Shown here: positions 51,173 to 63,965 of the stretch, in pieces
How the letters are laid out: the number at the start of each line of letters is the position of its first letter
Position numbering within the stretch: position 1 is the stretch's first letter
NCBI RefSeq assembly: GCF_046119375.1
Contig: NW_027362771.1
Location: 378,448,001-378,512,000 of the forward strand
From: Phyllobates terribilis
Lineage: Eukaryota
Reading direction: 5' to 3'
Length of the DNA stretch: 64,000 nt
Program-made: the position numbers and the translations under genes
The notes under the pieces: model-generated
Seen by the model: the letters and a program-made list of their open reading frames with translations, nothing else
The model's database searches: none
What the model was told of the DNA's origin: nothing

Positions 51173-52403
51173 AAGGAAATGTGTCATCATAAAATGACCT
51201 ACTGTTCAAATAAGGTTTTTATGTTAAATTATTTTTTTTTTTCATATCATGATGATCTATTTAATAAAAATATCTTGCAATTTTCACCCTGGCTATTGAG
51301 GCTATTCTAGATTCATACTTCCTGTTGTTTCAGGAAATCCAAGTGTACATCAGCAGTAAAAGACTGGCTTAGACCCAATTTTTTGGGGACTGAAGCATCA
51401 AAGGATTGCCTGCAAAGGTTCTTTGTGAAGGAAATAGAAGCAAGGTCAACTGTGAAATCACCTAATGTGAATGGTGGATCCTGGGTTATGATCTGAGTAT
51501 AGAGGTGTTTCCTGTCATTGCAATAAAGCCTAATAATGGTGCTGAAAAGTATTCTGTAAATAAGTGTGAATCTAGAAGCCAGTGTGGAAATTGTTAGTCA
51601 TGTAACTTTTTTAATGCAGATTGTGATATGGAAAAAAACAATACATTTAAAGGTGTGGTCCAAAGTCAAAATAAATTTCATTTTAAATCCCTATCTAATT
51701 AGTGCCATAATCTAAAATAATTTCTAATATAATTGCATTAAAAATTCCCTACCATTCCCTAAATACACTAATAGCTTTTCTACTTTTTTTCCATACTTCA
51801 TTTATTATGACACTTCATTTGAGAATCATAGTGCATGCTGGGATACTCAAACAAAGCATCATCAGGGGGAAGAGGCTGTGGCCACTGCTGCAGCCTCTGC
51901 CCCTTCCCTGAAATGAATAGTTATCAGTGATGCTTGTTTAGGGGTGGGTCTAGTCCCTGCGCGCAGTCCACTGTGCGATGTGCACAATCACAGCGCGCGC
52001 TATGTCACTGAATCAGATGAGCAGTGATGAGCTGGTAATAGAGCGTTGTCAGCATACCCAGTGTGCAGAGACCAGTGACTTCACCTGCGAAGGCTTCATT
52101 TCAGTGGGGGAGTAGGGGCTGCGTCATTGACCGCAGCCTACACCCCCTGATGACACTTTGTTTGAGTATCCCAGCATGCATTGGGATTTTCAAATGAAGC
52201 TTCATCAGAAAGGAAGTAAGGAGAAAAATTAGAGAAGTTATTAGATAATTTAGGGAATTTTTAATGCAAGTATATTACAAATTAGTTTTGATTATGGTCA
52301 TAAATAGATAGGGATTTAGGATGAAATTTACTTTGACTTCGGACCTCCGTTTTAATACAAAACCTGATTAAGAAATAGGTAATTTTTTGATGCAGCATTC
52401 CCT
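51173..52403. mobile_element. T2/Kolobok-type MITE (outer), split by a second MITE
   Basis: TTAA|AAGGAAATGTGTCATCATAAAATGACCTA vs rc AGGGAATGCTGCATCAAAAAATTACCTA|TTAA. Confidence 0.7.
51651..52351. mobile_element. T2/Kolobok-type foldback MITE (inner), about 700 bp
   Basis: TTAA flanks; long inverted arms (TGCATGCTGGGATACTCAAACAAAG vs CTTTGTTTGAGTATCCCAGCATGCA; AAATCCCTATCT vs AGATAGGGATTT). Confidence 0.82.
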
Positions 52404-52980
52404 TTAAAATCCAATCCAGTGAACTAGAAACCACAGTAAATAGGGATTCTACACATGCTCAGGCATGCTTGCTCTAGCTTGATGGAAGACTCCATAATCT
52501 TGCTACCATATTGTATAACTTTATGTGAAACCCTATTTTGTTGAATAAAATACATACACTAAATACAAGAAAGCCTGTGGTGTGGTTTCTCTTTTTGTCT
52601 AGATTTATACTATACGTGGTTCACTTTGCAGTAGGAACTGGAATACAGCACCTCATCTTAGAACTCATGACTAAGGAGAATACTACCATCAGACAAATGC
52701 CTGAAAACAGTCATAAGATATATTACTGTAAATATTTCAATCATTATCAAACAGTATGATAGAGCAGCAATGATAAGACATAAAAGTAACTACTGACTCT
52801 AAAGATATGTTTAGAAAAAATCTTTGGGATTGAAAAACATTTATAGATTATATGTTTTAAATGGAAGTTAAGGCAAGGACTATCCAACGTCATGACAAAA
52901 TGCAATCCTAAACAGATAACAAGAAGATCAGGACATAAAATTGGTATAATCAAGGCAAAACACGTAAATGGTCATCTTAC

Positions 52981-53060
52981 CTGGCGGTAAATACTCGCAG
53001 TGTCCAGATGAGTTCACTAGTACATTAGTATGAAATGAAGCATCAAATCTTTCATCTGCG
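52981..53060 (-). CDS. chrna7: nAChR alpha7 exon 5 equivalent (loops A/E), 80 bp
   Basis: TATTTTGTAG|C GCA GAT GAA..CCG CCA G|GTAAGA; (S)[26 protein letters not shown]. Confidence 0.96.
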
Positions 53061-53633
53061 CTACAAAATATAACATAAAGAGTAAGAAAGTGGCAGCCAG
53101 TGATTATAAATCAATATATTACAAGCGTAGCTGTCTCTTCACATCTAAGACTTGTTAAATGTGTGATTGAATAGCATCATTCTTTACCTATAATCACATG
53201 TCATTTGCCATGTATTACCTAAAGATTTCCTGTCTCTGTTGTCATTTTCAATGATGGGTGTTGCTGAGAAATACAATTTAGTCGGATTTAAGTATTTTTC
53301 ATCTACAGCGGCACAAAGTGTTTATTTAGCGAGAGAATATAATTGATCTGTTCCACACTTCTGACCTCACAAAATAAAATAAATATTTAATAAAATAAGG
53401 TGTATTGAATAAAAAATTTTTGCCTGCTCCTGTGTTATTAGGTTATAGGGGAGTACAGTTGCTTTACAACCCTGAGGAAAATACCTGTAACGAAACTGCA
53501 TGTGAGCTTAAAAGACGGCATATAGAGTCTCTGCGTCTGTACTATGAAGCTGTAGATACTACCCAATTCAACTGGGGAAAAGATATTCAGCCCAATTCAT
53601 CAAGACCAACTTTTTTGATACCGATCTTAATGA

Positions 53634-53855
53634 GATGTGCTGGAGTCAGACACTCCTGATGCCTTGATGAGAAGATGTGATGGAGACAGACGCTACTGAC
53701 GGCTTGAAGAGGAGACATGTTGGAGACAGAAGCTCCTGCTGCCTTGAAGAGGAGACGTGCTGGGGTCAGATGCTCCTGATGCCTTGAACAGGAGATGTGC
53801 TAGGGTCAGACGCTCCTGATGCCTTGATGAGGAGATGTACTGGAGTCAGATGTCC
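53634..53855. repeat. 40 bp tandem repeat, about 5.5 copies
   Basis: Units start at 53634, 53674, 53714, 53754, 53794, 53834; consensus about GATGTGCTGGAGTCAGACGCTCCTGATGCCTTGAAGAGGA. Confidence 0.92.
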
Positions 53856-54469
53856 TGGCATATGCTTCTTCATGAGCTAGAAGCATTGGCTCTGTGTGCA
53901 CTTCACCACAAATCATACTCCAATCCCTTCTAGAGTATGATTGGTGTAATTGCGAATGTGACCACGCATCATAAATTTGACGAGTGGCAGACATCATGCC
54001 CCTATCCTGCCTGTTACGCTCGCTCCCGGACTGAATGGCATGAGCGTGATTAGCTGTACCATGTACCACTGTACCATGAACCGAGGAGTGCCTGGAGGAG
54101 TGTAACTAAGTATCAACCCAATCCGACCAAGGTCGCACGGCGGCTCAGTTGACTCCGTGAACCAGGGAGGAACCGAGCAGAGGGACCAGGTGCTACTCTA
54201 GGTCAGACCCCGGTCACAGCTGTTGACCCACACCGGGGAATGCAGGAACAGGCAGGTTAGACTGGCATGTAGACAGGTGGGTACTGGCAAACACGGCTGT
54301 TGTGCAGAAAGGTGGATATTGACAGGCACAGCTGGTATGCAGACAGGTGGGCACGGCTGGCTTGCAGACAGGTGGGCACAGGCAGGCACGGCTGACATGC
54401 AGAGAGGCGGGTACTGGCAGGTAGAAACGCAGGCAGGATAATGACCAGTACAGACTGGGATACAGGAAC

Positions 54470-54990
54470 AGAGCCGCAGGTGCGGTAGACAAGCAGAGCG
54501 GAGCAAAACCCGCAGATGCGGTGAACAAGCAAAGCAAAGCAAAACCGCAGATGCGGTGAACAAGCAAAGCAAAACCGCAGATTCGGTGAACAAGCAAAGC
54601 AGAGCAAAACTGCAGATGCGGTGAACAAGTAAAGCAGAGCAAAACCCGCAGATGCGGTAGACAAGCAAAGCAGAGCAAAACCCGCAGATGCGATGAACAA
54701 GCAAAGCAGAGCAAAACCGCAGATGCGGTGAACAAGCAAAGCAGAGCAAAACCCGCAGATGCGATGAACAAGCAAAGCAGAGCAAAACCGCAGATGCGGT
54801 GAACAAGTAAAGCAGAGCAAAACCCGCAGATGCGGTAGACAAGCAAAACAGAGCAAAACCCGCAGATGCGGTGAACAAGCAAAGCAGAGCAAAACCGCAG
54901 GTGCGGTAGACAAGCAAAGCAGAGCAAAACCCGCCGATGCAGTGAACAAGCAAAGCAGAGCAAAACCCGCAGATGCGGTAGACAGGACAG
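54470..54990. repeat. 35-37 bp tandem repeat, about 14 copies, inside LTR
   Basis: GCAGATGCGGTGAACAAGCAAAGCAGAGCAAAACC(C) units; the 251-292 aa C/F/L/A-rich ORFs are by-products. Confidence 0.95.
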
Positions 54991-55477
54991 GGCTCTGTTC
55001 ACATGGAACAGACTGGAGAACACAAGAAGATAGCTGGAACACAGGAGTTAAATACAGAGGCAGGGAAACAGAACAAGCAGAACCAGATACACACAAGGTA
55101 CTTGCAATAAAGTAGCGAGTGGACACAAACCTCACAAACAGAAGTACAGAGACAACGAGTTGGAGTTAGGTGCAGGTTCAGATACTGCAGGAAAAAGGGA
55201 AGATACAGACATAGAGACAAACAAGTAACAGACTAGGACACTGTTCAGGCAGGGCCTGAACCAGGAACAAGATACAGGAACAAGCCTGGGAACTCAGCCC
55301 CCAAGGTGGCAGAAACTGACTAGAAGTCACAGGTACAGGTAGCGGCCCTGGGTACTCAGCCCCCAGGGTGTCAGAAACAGACTAGAGTCAGGACAGGACC
55401 TGGCAACTAATTTGCAAGGAACAAACAGATGGAAAGTGAAGGTGTTGCTCAGGTACCTCCTACTGGGTGGAGGGGAT

Positions 55478-56695
55478 TTAAGTATCCAGTGACTCACAGC
55501 AATAGGCTGGGGACGCATTAGGACTGTGCACACCGTAGCTATAAGAAACAAGCAGAAAGCCGCGCCGATGCCCTAAGCAATCAGACGAGAGACATGGACA
55601 CAGCAGGAACTGAAACAAAGAGTGCAGCATGGACTGACAGGTAAGATTGCGGACTTGCATGGTGGGAGGTGGTGCACCATGCAAGGACGCCACCAGGAAT
55701 GTTACAGTCCCCCTCACTTTACGCCCCCTCTTCCTCCAGCCAGCAAGGATTTTCTGCAAAGAATTTGGAGGCTGAGCCTTCTCCTCAAGAAGATTTCCTC
55801 TTCTGTTCACTAGAGGGAACAAAGCAGGTCTCATCATCTTGGTAACTAGGATGTTTCCTTCCATTGGGCCATCCTCAGAAACAGATAAAGTGGGCGAGGT
55901 ACCAGGAACAGGACACAGGAAAGTCTCTCTCCAATTATTAATAGCGGGTAGCATCAAAAAAGATTCACGGGACAACTGGAAATCCTCCACCGGGTAGGAG
56001 GGGTGCAAAGACTCGGGGGAAACCACCGCCTTGACGTTCACTTTTCCAAGCTTACAAGATGAAGTGGGCGAAGTACCAGGTACAGAATGCAGAAAAGTCT
56101 CTTTCCACTTGTTATCATCGGGAAATACCCCAAAGGATTCACGGGACAACTGGAGGTCCTCCACCAGGTTGGAGGGATGCAGAGACTCGGGGTTAACCAC
56201 GGCTTTGACGTACACTTTGCCAAGCTTATTGGATGAAGTGGGAGAAGTACCAGGTACAGGGTTCAGAAAAGTCTCTCTCCATTTGTTATCAGGTAGCACC
56301 CCGGGATATTCAGGAGACAACTGGAAGTCCTCCACCTGGTTGGAGGGGTGCAGAGACTCGGGGGTAACCACCGCCTTGACGTACACTTTGCCAAGCTTAC
56401 TGAATGAAGTGGGAGAAGGACCAGGTACAGGGTGCAGAAAAATCTCTCTCCATTTGTTATCAGATAGCACCCCGGAGGATTCAGGAGGCAACTGGAGGTC
56501 CTCCACCTGGTTGGAGGGGTGCAGAGACTTGGAGGTAGCCACCGCCTTGATGGACTTATTGCCAGATATGTTAGAGATGGAGGATCCTTGATTAGTGACC
56601 AACTTCAGTCTGGTTTCTGAGATGACATGTCTGCGAGGCGGGGCGGTGCCTAAAGCCAGATCATTGGAACAATCGTCAAGACTGTGTGGGGACAA
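55478..56695 (-). CDS. 405-codon open frame with about 4 x 57-58 aa repeats and a degenerate chromodomain-like end, in the pol position of the LTR element
   Basis: 171/171/174 bp units keep frame; ends ILVTKMMRPALFPLVNRRGNLLEEK..KRGRKVRGTVT and reads into the LTR. Expression unknown. Confidence 0.5.
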   Translation of the reverse strand: MSPHSLDDCSNDLALGTAPPRRHVISETRLKLVTNQGSSISNISGNKSIKAVATSKSLHPSNQVEDLQLPPESSGVLSDNKWREIFLHPVPGPSPTSFSKLGKVYVKAVVTPESLHPSNQVEDFQLSPEYPGVLPDNKWRETFLNPVPGTSPTSSNKLGKVYVKAVVNPESLHPSNLVEDLQLSRESFGVFPDDNKWKETFLHSVPGTSPTSSCKLGKVNVKAVVSPESLHPSYPVEDFQLSRESFLMLPAINNWRETFLCPVPGTSPTLSVSEDGPMEGNILVTKMMRPALFPLVNRRGNLLEEKAQPPNSLQKILAGWRKRGRKVRGTVTFLVASLHGAPPPTMQVRNLTCQSMLHSLFQFLLCPCLSSDCLGHRRGFLLVSYSYGVHSPNASPAYCCESLDT

Positions 56696-57189
56696 TGCCT
56701 CCGCTTCCCTTCCTTCGGAGACTTCAGCGCACAGCGAGTCAGCGACTAGCAGATCTGGTGAAGAAGAAGAAGAAACTGCTGACTGTCCTGAAGATATGGG
56801 GACTGGACACCTCTTGCACCTCAGCAGTCCCCAGGAAACACCATACAGGATTTTTAGACCTGAGCGGGCACTAGATCTCTCGGCTCTGGACGACCTGTGG
56901 GTAAACCAGACAGCACCTGAAATGTGAACTTCTTCATGTGTAATGCTCCAATCTGAAGCTTAATTTGTACAGACATATTTTGACTGTTTCTAAGTAGGGC
57001 TCGCCCTTCTGCTGACAATGCCCAAACCGGCTTCTGGAGTTGTCGGACGGGAATCAGACACCAACTCTTCAAGTCTTTAAGCCCGAAACTTCTGGTTAAT
57101 CCGAGGCCTTCACTTGCCACGGAGACAGTCATGGTCATCTGTGGAGAGGAAACACTAATGCCAAGGGCAGCTTCTCCTACAGGCCTAAT

Positions 57190-57995
57190 GTCTTGGGATT
57201 CTCCAACCTTCGCTGGACAAAGACCGTCAGGGGGTCCCAAACAACCACAGCGGGGCCGCAATCCGATTTTGTGACTGAGTTCTGGCCTCTGCTTTGCCTG
57301 ACGAACATAGTCATCCTTCATGGATTCTGTGTGGAGAGCAGCCTCTACAGGCTGGGGAACAGGAGGTTTTGGGAGGACAGAACCTGGCATGACGGTTTAC
57401 CTCTACGCCTTGCACGTCTGGACTGCCTCTTGAGGTTGGGAAGGAAAGTATTCTGTGGAGCATTGTCATCCTGTGTGGATTCTGTGTGGGCAGAAGTCTC
57501 TTCAGGCTGGAGAACTGCTAGGCTACCTACACACATTACCCATCGGGGCTGCTCCGGGATACTGGGAAGGGAAGCTTTAGCAGAAGCCTTAGGGTTAGGG
57601 TCATCGAAGACCATTAGAAAGGCCAACAGGAAGGCCTGCAGGTCATAAATGATAGGATCCCATGCTTCCCATAGGGGGGTGATCAATTTCAAGGCATCAC
57701 CCGCTAGGTAGGACATCATGAATGCTACTTAAACCCGATCAGTAGGAAAATAGTGAGCATAGAATTTGAAATGCAGCATGCATTGCTCCACAAATGCACG
57801 GCTTCGTTTTGGATCCCCATAGTACTGTGGTGGATCCGCAGGAACGAGTGCTGATAGATCCATTTGGGCTGGTGCGTAAATCGCCTGGGCCACAGCTTGA
57901 GAAAAAAAAAAAAATTCTTGGTGCACGTATTCGCCAGACAAGGATTCAAAATGTCTCTGAGAGCGAAGGGCCGTGGGGCTCAACGGGAACCATGG
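57190..57995 (-). pseudogene. Gypsy gag remnant (RTL1/PEG10/LDOC1-like capsid) and gag-pol junction
   Basis: PPQYYGDPKRSRAFVEQCMLHF..FPTDRV*VAFMMSYLAGDAL..PLWE..FLLAFLMVFDDP; later RCGCLGPPDGLCP and VGEAALG. Confidence 0.85.
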
Positions 57996-59550
57996 CCTGA
58001 GCAAACTGTTACGCTCGCTCCCGGACTGACTGGCGTGAGCGTGATTAGTGATCCCACTGTACCATGAACCGAGGAGTGCCTGGAGGGGCGTAACTAAGTA
58101 TCAAGGTCGCACGGCGGCTCAGTCAACTCCGTGAACCAGGGAGGAACCGAGCAGAGGGACCAGGTGCTACTCTAGGTCAGACCCCGGTCACAGCTGTTGA
58201 CCCACACCGGGGAATGCAGGAACAGGCAGGTTAGACTGGCATGTAGACAGGTGGGTACTGGCAAACACAGCTGGTATGCAGACAGGTGGGCACTGGCAGG
58301 CATGGTTGGCTTGCAGACAGGTGGGCACAGGCAGGCACGGCTGACATGCAGAGAGGCGGGTACTGGCAGGTAGAAATGCAGGCAGGATAGGGACCAGTAC
58401 AGACTGGGATACAGGAACGGAGCTGCAGGTGCGGTAGACAAGCAGAGCGGAGAAAAACCCACAGATGCGGTGAACAAGCAAAGCAGAGCAAAACCGCAGA
58501 TGCAGTGAACAAGCAAATCAGAGCAAAACCCGCAGATGCGGTGAACAATAGTGTTGAGCATTCCGATACTGAAATATCGGGTATCGACCGATATTCGCGG
58601 TATCGGAATTCCGATACCGAGTTCCGATACTTTTAGAATATTGAATAAGGGAATCGGAAGTTCCCATAATGCAATGAGCCAGTTTCATTTTATTCAGCCA
58701 ATGAGGATCCTAAGAAGTGTGGGCACATCCTGTTAGGCATGTTAGGCATGTTAACTAATGGCATGGCTGTGATTGGCTACTGAAATGATGTCATGATGCA
58801 CTATAAAAGCAGCCGCCGCCATTTTGGGTTCACTCTGCTGTGAATTTAGTTAGGGACAGGACGCTGCTGTTCTGAGGGACAGTTTTAGCTACCTATTTGA
58901 TTTATTGTGCTTTACCCAGGCTACTTTATAAAGCTTTCTTTTGCCTTGCAGCGCTAGTGTACAGTTCTCTGCACTGTTCACGGCTGTCTGCGAGGTCTCT
59001 GTGTGTGAGTGCAGCTCACACTGTAGTGTGTTCTGCAGCCACGTCCGGTTGTAGTCCGCTCAGCGTGCGTCACTGCCTCATACATTGTGCTTTTTTGCAT
59101 TAGTGCTGCTCATTTTTCCTGTTTTCTCCTGTTAGTGTGGTTCCATCCGTATCCAGATAGATTGCTTCCAAACACACTATATAGGAGTAGATAGAGGAGC
59201 CTTTCTGCAGCCTTGTGCCCTGCAGCCCCAGCCAGATTAGTATTAGCCTATTTTTTGTAGCCTCATCTATTGCATTTAGGTTACCTTCCTGCATTGTAAT
59301 GGCTACAAAAAGTTTGTGATACTATCGGTTTTACATCTTTGGGCACATCCAGTGTCTAATTGTGAAAAAAAAAACGTAAATAAAGTTCACCAAACACTCC
59401 ACTTTACAGTTGTGTAGGCCACATTAGCTCATATTAAAGTCTAGTCCACACTTTATAAAATTAGTGTTTCTTATACCTGTTAGCAGCTGTTCAGGAATAA
59501 GCACACTAAGCCCTTAGTACTTTTCTGCCTATCTTTATCAGTCTACCAAG

Positions 59551-62500
59551 ATGAAGAAGGCAGGGAGTAAGGCATGTGGTCGTGGTCGTGGGCGTGGGCG
59601 CAGAGTTTCTGCAGGGAGAGGATGTGGGGATTCTGTGGATGCAGGGAGAGGATGTGGGGATTCTGTGCCTGCTGCCGGCACCAGTGACTCAGTATCCCCC
59701 AGTTTTACCAGGGAACAGTCCTTTATGTGCAGCTTTGTAGGAGCTCGCCATACCCCACTGTTGCGGGAGGACCAAATTGAAGCCATTGTCGGATGGATGG
59801 CAGCTAACGCATCGACTTCAATTAACTCCAGATCCTCTCAGGTCCTGAGCACTGAAGAGCACCCATCTGTCTCTTCACCACCTGCCAAATTGCCCAGGTA
59901 GTCAGAGAGCCCTGGACAGGAGCCACCTCTACTTCTGTTCTCTGAATCTCCTGGCTTGGAAAAAGGGGGCCAGCCAAGCAGAATTCTAGAATTTGAAGAA
60001 GAAGAGGTAGTATGCAGTGATGGGCAACTGCTTTGTCTCTCTGAAGAGGCGGGTGGGCCAGTGCCTATGGTCAGCACACCTCAGTACGCATCTGATGATG
60101 AGTCTCAGGTGCCACTTTCTGGTGTGTACTGTGCTCTCGAGACTACCCAGGAGAAGCAGTTGTTTGAAGAGGCTAGTGTAGATGATGAGGTCCTTGACCC
60201 ATGGCGTGAGGTACAGGAAGGTGGTGGGAGCAGCTCTGAGGAAGAGATTCCCCGAACGGCCCAAAAAGGAGGGAGAGGGAGGGGGCAGACTTGGTTGCCT
60301 GTAGCCTCCACTTCGGCACCCATTAGGAGCATGCTTCTTCCAAAACCCAAAACGGGCGCTCCCAAGACTTGCAGTGCCTGCTCCTTTTTTGACACAGTTG
60401 CAGATGACATTTGCTTAGTCAAATGCAAGCTGTGTAATCAGAAAGTGAAAAGAGGGAAAAGTGTCAGCAACCTCAATACCACAAATATGTGGAAACATGT
60501 GCGGACCAAGCACGTGGTGGAGTTACAAAGACACACTGAAGACCTAGGCCAACCTACAGCGCCACCTACCACCTCTTCAGCTCGTGTTGTAGCCTCTTCC
60601 TCCAGCTCACACACAGCTGGTTCGGCTTCCTCACAGGATCGCCATGGAAGAACCTCTGGCACTGTTGTACAGAGACACAGTGCAATTCCACCCACAGCAC
60701 CACGTTCCCTGTCATCCTCACACTCCCAGGCCAGTCTACAGCCATCATTAGCACAGGCATGGGAGAAAAGGCGCCCATACTCGGCAAACCACCCCCGAGC
60801 ACAGGCTCTGAATGCTGGCATTGCAAAACTACTGGCACTTGAAATGCTATCATTCAGGCTGGTGGAGACTGACACCTTCAATAACTTGATGGCATTGGCA
60901 GTCCCACAATACAACGTGACCAGCCACTTTTATTTCAGCAGGCAAGCCGTCCCTGCTCTTCAACAGCATGTGGAGGGAAAAATTAAACATGCGCTACAAA
61001 ACGCCGTCAGTAGCAAGGTCCACCTGACCACTGATGCGTGGACCAGTAAGCATGGACAGGGACGATACCTTTCCCTCACTGCCGATTGGGTAAATGTTGT
61101 GGAGCCAGGTACAGATCTTGAGTGGCGCTGTACATGTTCTGCCAACTCCAAGGATTGCAGGAATCCAGTCTGTACACATTGACTCCTCTTCTTACTCCAG
61201 TTCCTCTGAATCAGCGCTGCAGGAGCCGTCACGGTCTTCCTCCACATCAACCCGTGAACGGTTACCTGTTACGACCGATATGAGCACAGCCATGGCCGAA
61301 CGTCAACAGGCCGTATTGAAATTAATTTATTTGGGGAATCGAAGCCACAGAGCGCAGGAGCTCTGGAATGCCATCAAGCTGCAGAGCGACATGTGGTTTG
61401 TGCCAGCGAATCTCCAGCCAGGCATGGTAGTGTGTGACAATGGCCGAAATCTGGTGGCAGCTCTGGGCCTAGGCAACCTCACTCACATCCCATGTCTGGC
61501 ACATGTGCTCAACTTGGTCATGCAGAGTTTTTTGAGAGACTATCCGGATCTTGATGCACTGCTGCACAAGGTCCGCATAGAGTGCGCTCACTTGCGGCGT
61601 TCCAGCATCGCAAGATCGCGCATTGCAGCTCTGCAGTGCCGATTACGCCTTCCGTAACATCGCATCATATGTGACCTACCCACCAGGTGGAATTCAACGT
61701 TACATATGTTGGAGAGGTTGTGTGAGCAGCAGGCAGCAGTAATGGAGTACCAGCTGCAGCAGGCGCAAACAAGTCGCACTGCGTGCCGTTCACACTTCAC
61801 CACCACTGAGTGGGCCTCTATGAAGGACATCTGCCACGTTTTGCGTGCCTTCAATTATTCCATGCGGATGGTGAGTGCAGATGATGCACTAGTCAGTATG
61901 ACTATCCCCCTTATCTGCCTGCTTGAAAAAACACTGCAAGCACTAAGGGAGGAGGTTTTGGAAGAGGTGGAGGATGAGGAGTCACAAATGCCATCTGCTT
62001 CTGTACAGTCTGCGCAACGTGGTTCCTCACAAAGGCCTAGGCAGGGGACACTTTGTGAGGAGGATAAGGAGGAGTCATTGGAGGAGGAAGACATCTGTCC
62101 AGAGGAGGGAGGTACACAATTCTCTAGTAGTCAGTATCTAGAGCGAGGGTGGGGTGATGCAGAGCAGGCTGAGATCACCCCTCAAGCAGGGGACAGCGTT
62201 TCTTGGCCAGTTGGCAGTCTGCAGTACGACCGCCGCATCGCCCACATTCTCAACACAGCTGATTATTGGGTGTCCACCCTCCTAGATCCTCGCTACCGGG
62301 ACAACTTACAAAGCCTCATACCACCGTTGAACCGGGAGCGTAAAATGCGGGAGTACCAAGACACACTGGTGCATTCCATCATGTTCTCCATTCCACCCGA
62401 GAGCAGTGCTGCTAGTGCTTTACAAAGCAGCTCAGTGCGTCGAGGCAGCTCTGCACAAAGAGGGAGCAGAAGCAGCGCCTCATCACAAGGCAACACCAGT

Positions 62501-62884
62501 ATGGCCCAAATGTGGCAAAGTTTTGTGTCCCCACCACAAATGTCTACACCATGACAGACGGCTCCAGTCAGCAGGAGGCAACGTTTCCGTCAGATGGTGA
62601 CAGACTACATGTCTTGCCCTGTCAGTGTACTTCCAGACGGCTCTTCCCCCTTCTAGTTTTGGGTCTCTAAGCTGGATACATGGCCAGAGCTTAGCCGGTA
62701 TGCATTGGAGGTGCTGGCTTGCCCTGCTGCTAGTGTATCATCGGAACGCATCTTTAGTGCCACAGGTGGTGTACTAACAGACCGTCGCATCCGACTATCC
62801 TCTGATAACGTTGACCGGCTTACTTTTCTGAAAATGAACAAGGCCTGGATCTTGCATGAATTAACTAGTCCTCTTCCAGATTAA
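59551..62884 (+). pseudogene. hAT transposase pseudogene
   Basis: MKKAGSKACGRGRGRG, acidic region, BED finger (CKLC..MWKHVRTKH), TTDAWTS, CDNGRNL, TRWNST, LLDPRY, WPEL..SERIFS..LKMNK; several stops and frameshifts. Confidence 0.95.
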
Positions 62885-63064
62885 ATCAGTTGCTGCTCAG
62901 AAGTGCCGTCTGCACAGTCAACACTTGCTCCAGTGTTATTGGGGTTCAGTAACGTCAGCTGATCCCCTGCTGTGTGTCCGGCAACTTCTCCTGCTCTGTC
63001 CACATTCACGCTACTACTGATTTTAAACTTGCTCCAATTAGGCCTCTGGCTTCACTCTGTTTTT

Positions 63065-63965
63065 AGTATTTACCCTGGGTTCCAGCACCGCCAGCTGTTT
63101 CCCAGCAGTGTCTTTGGCACGGGTACTCCCTCCTGCCCAGCCTGGTTCCAGCACGCCAGCTGTTTCCGGGTAGTGTCAACGTCACTTTGCCTCCAATACG
63201 TTGTCCTGTCGTGTTGCGGTCAGGTTAGCCAACTCTAAGGTGCCTGAAGTTTAGGTGACTCCTATGTGGGCTGCGGGATCTGGTAATGAAGGCTGGTTCC
63301 ATAGTGCCAATAGGACAAGCACCCCTGTAGGACTGTGGGTTTCATTAACTCCGGCCAGCTCGCGGCCTTGCAACTTTTTTTTTCATGTGTACCTTCTGCT
63401 ACCCATCCGGGTTTCAGTACCGTCAGCTGGTTCTCGGCAGTGCCTTTGGCTTAGGTGCCTCCTTCTCGGTATCAGAGTTTCACCAACATCTGCTGGTCCT
63501 TGGTAGTGTTTTCTGGCACAGGTACCTCCTGTTTAGTAACCGGGTTCCAGTACCATCAGCTGGTCCTCGGTAGTTCCATTGGCTCTTGTACCTTCTGCTA
63601 CCCATCCGGGTTCCAGTACCGTCAGCTGGTTCTCAGCAGTGTCTTTGGCACGGGTACTCCCTCCTGCCCAACCTGGTTCCAGCACGCAAGCTGTTTCCGG
63701 GTAGTGTCAACGTCACTTTGCCTCCAATACGTTGTCCTGTCGTGTTGCGGTCGTGTTAGCCGACTCTATGGTACCTGCAGTTTAGGTGACTCCTATGTGG
63801 GCTGCAGGATCTGGCAATGAAGGCTGGTTCCATAGTGCCAATAGGACAAGCACCCCCTGTAGGACTGTGGGTTTCAGTAACTCCGGCCGGCTCGCGGCCT
63901 TGCAGCTTTTTTTTTCATGTGTACCTTCTGCTACCCATCGGGGTTCCAGTACCGTCAGCTGGTTC
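63065..63965 (+). repeat. About 531 bp period duplication with internal CCAG(C/T)ACCGTCAGCTG subrepeats in hAT3 3' arm
   Basis: TCTTTGGCACGGGTACTCCC at 63111 and 63642 with about 370 bp of shared flanking sequence. Confidence 0.9.

Larger units (their letters stand above)
54012..58548 (-). mobile_element. Non-autonomous Gypsy-type LTR retrotransposon (gag, no RT/RH/IN core); 5' LTR cut by hAT3
   Basis: 3' LTR 54012-55706 (TGTTA..TTACA); second LTR copy starts at 58007 and is interrupted at 58548; purine tract GAGGGGGAC before the 3' LTR on the minus strand; internal region only 2.3 kb. Confidence 0.88.

Noticed and set aside
54198-55135. 251-292 aa ORFs rich in C/F/L/A
   Set aside because: Translations of the 35-37 bp LTR tandem array in several frames; not genes.
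56031-56591. 186-aa plus-strand ORF over the 171-bp repeats as an antisense gene
   Set aside because: Inter-unit changes fall mostly on its first and second codon positions and it has no recognisable motif; best explained as a shadow of the repeat.
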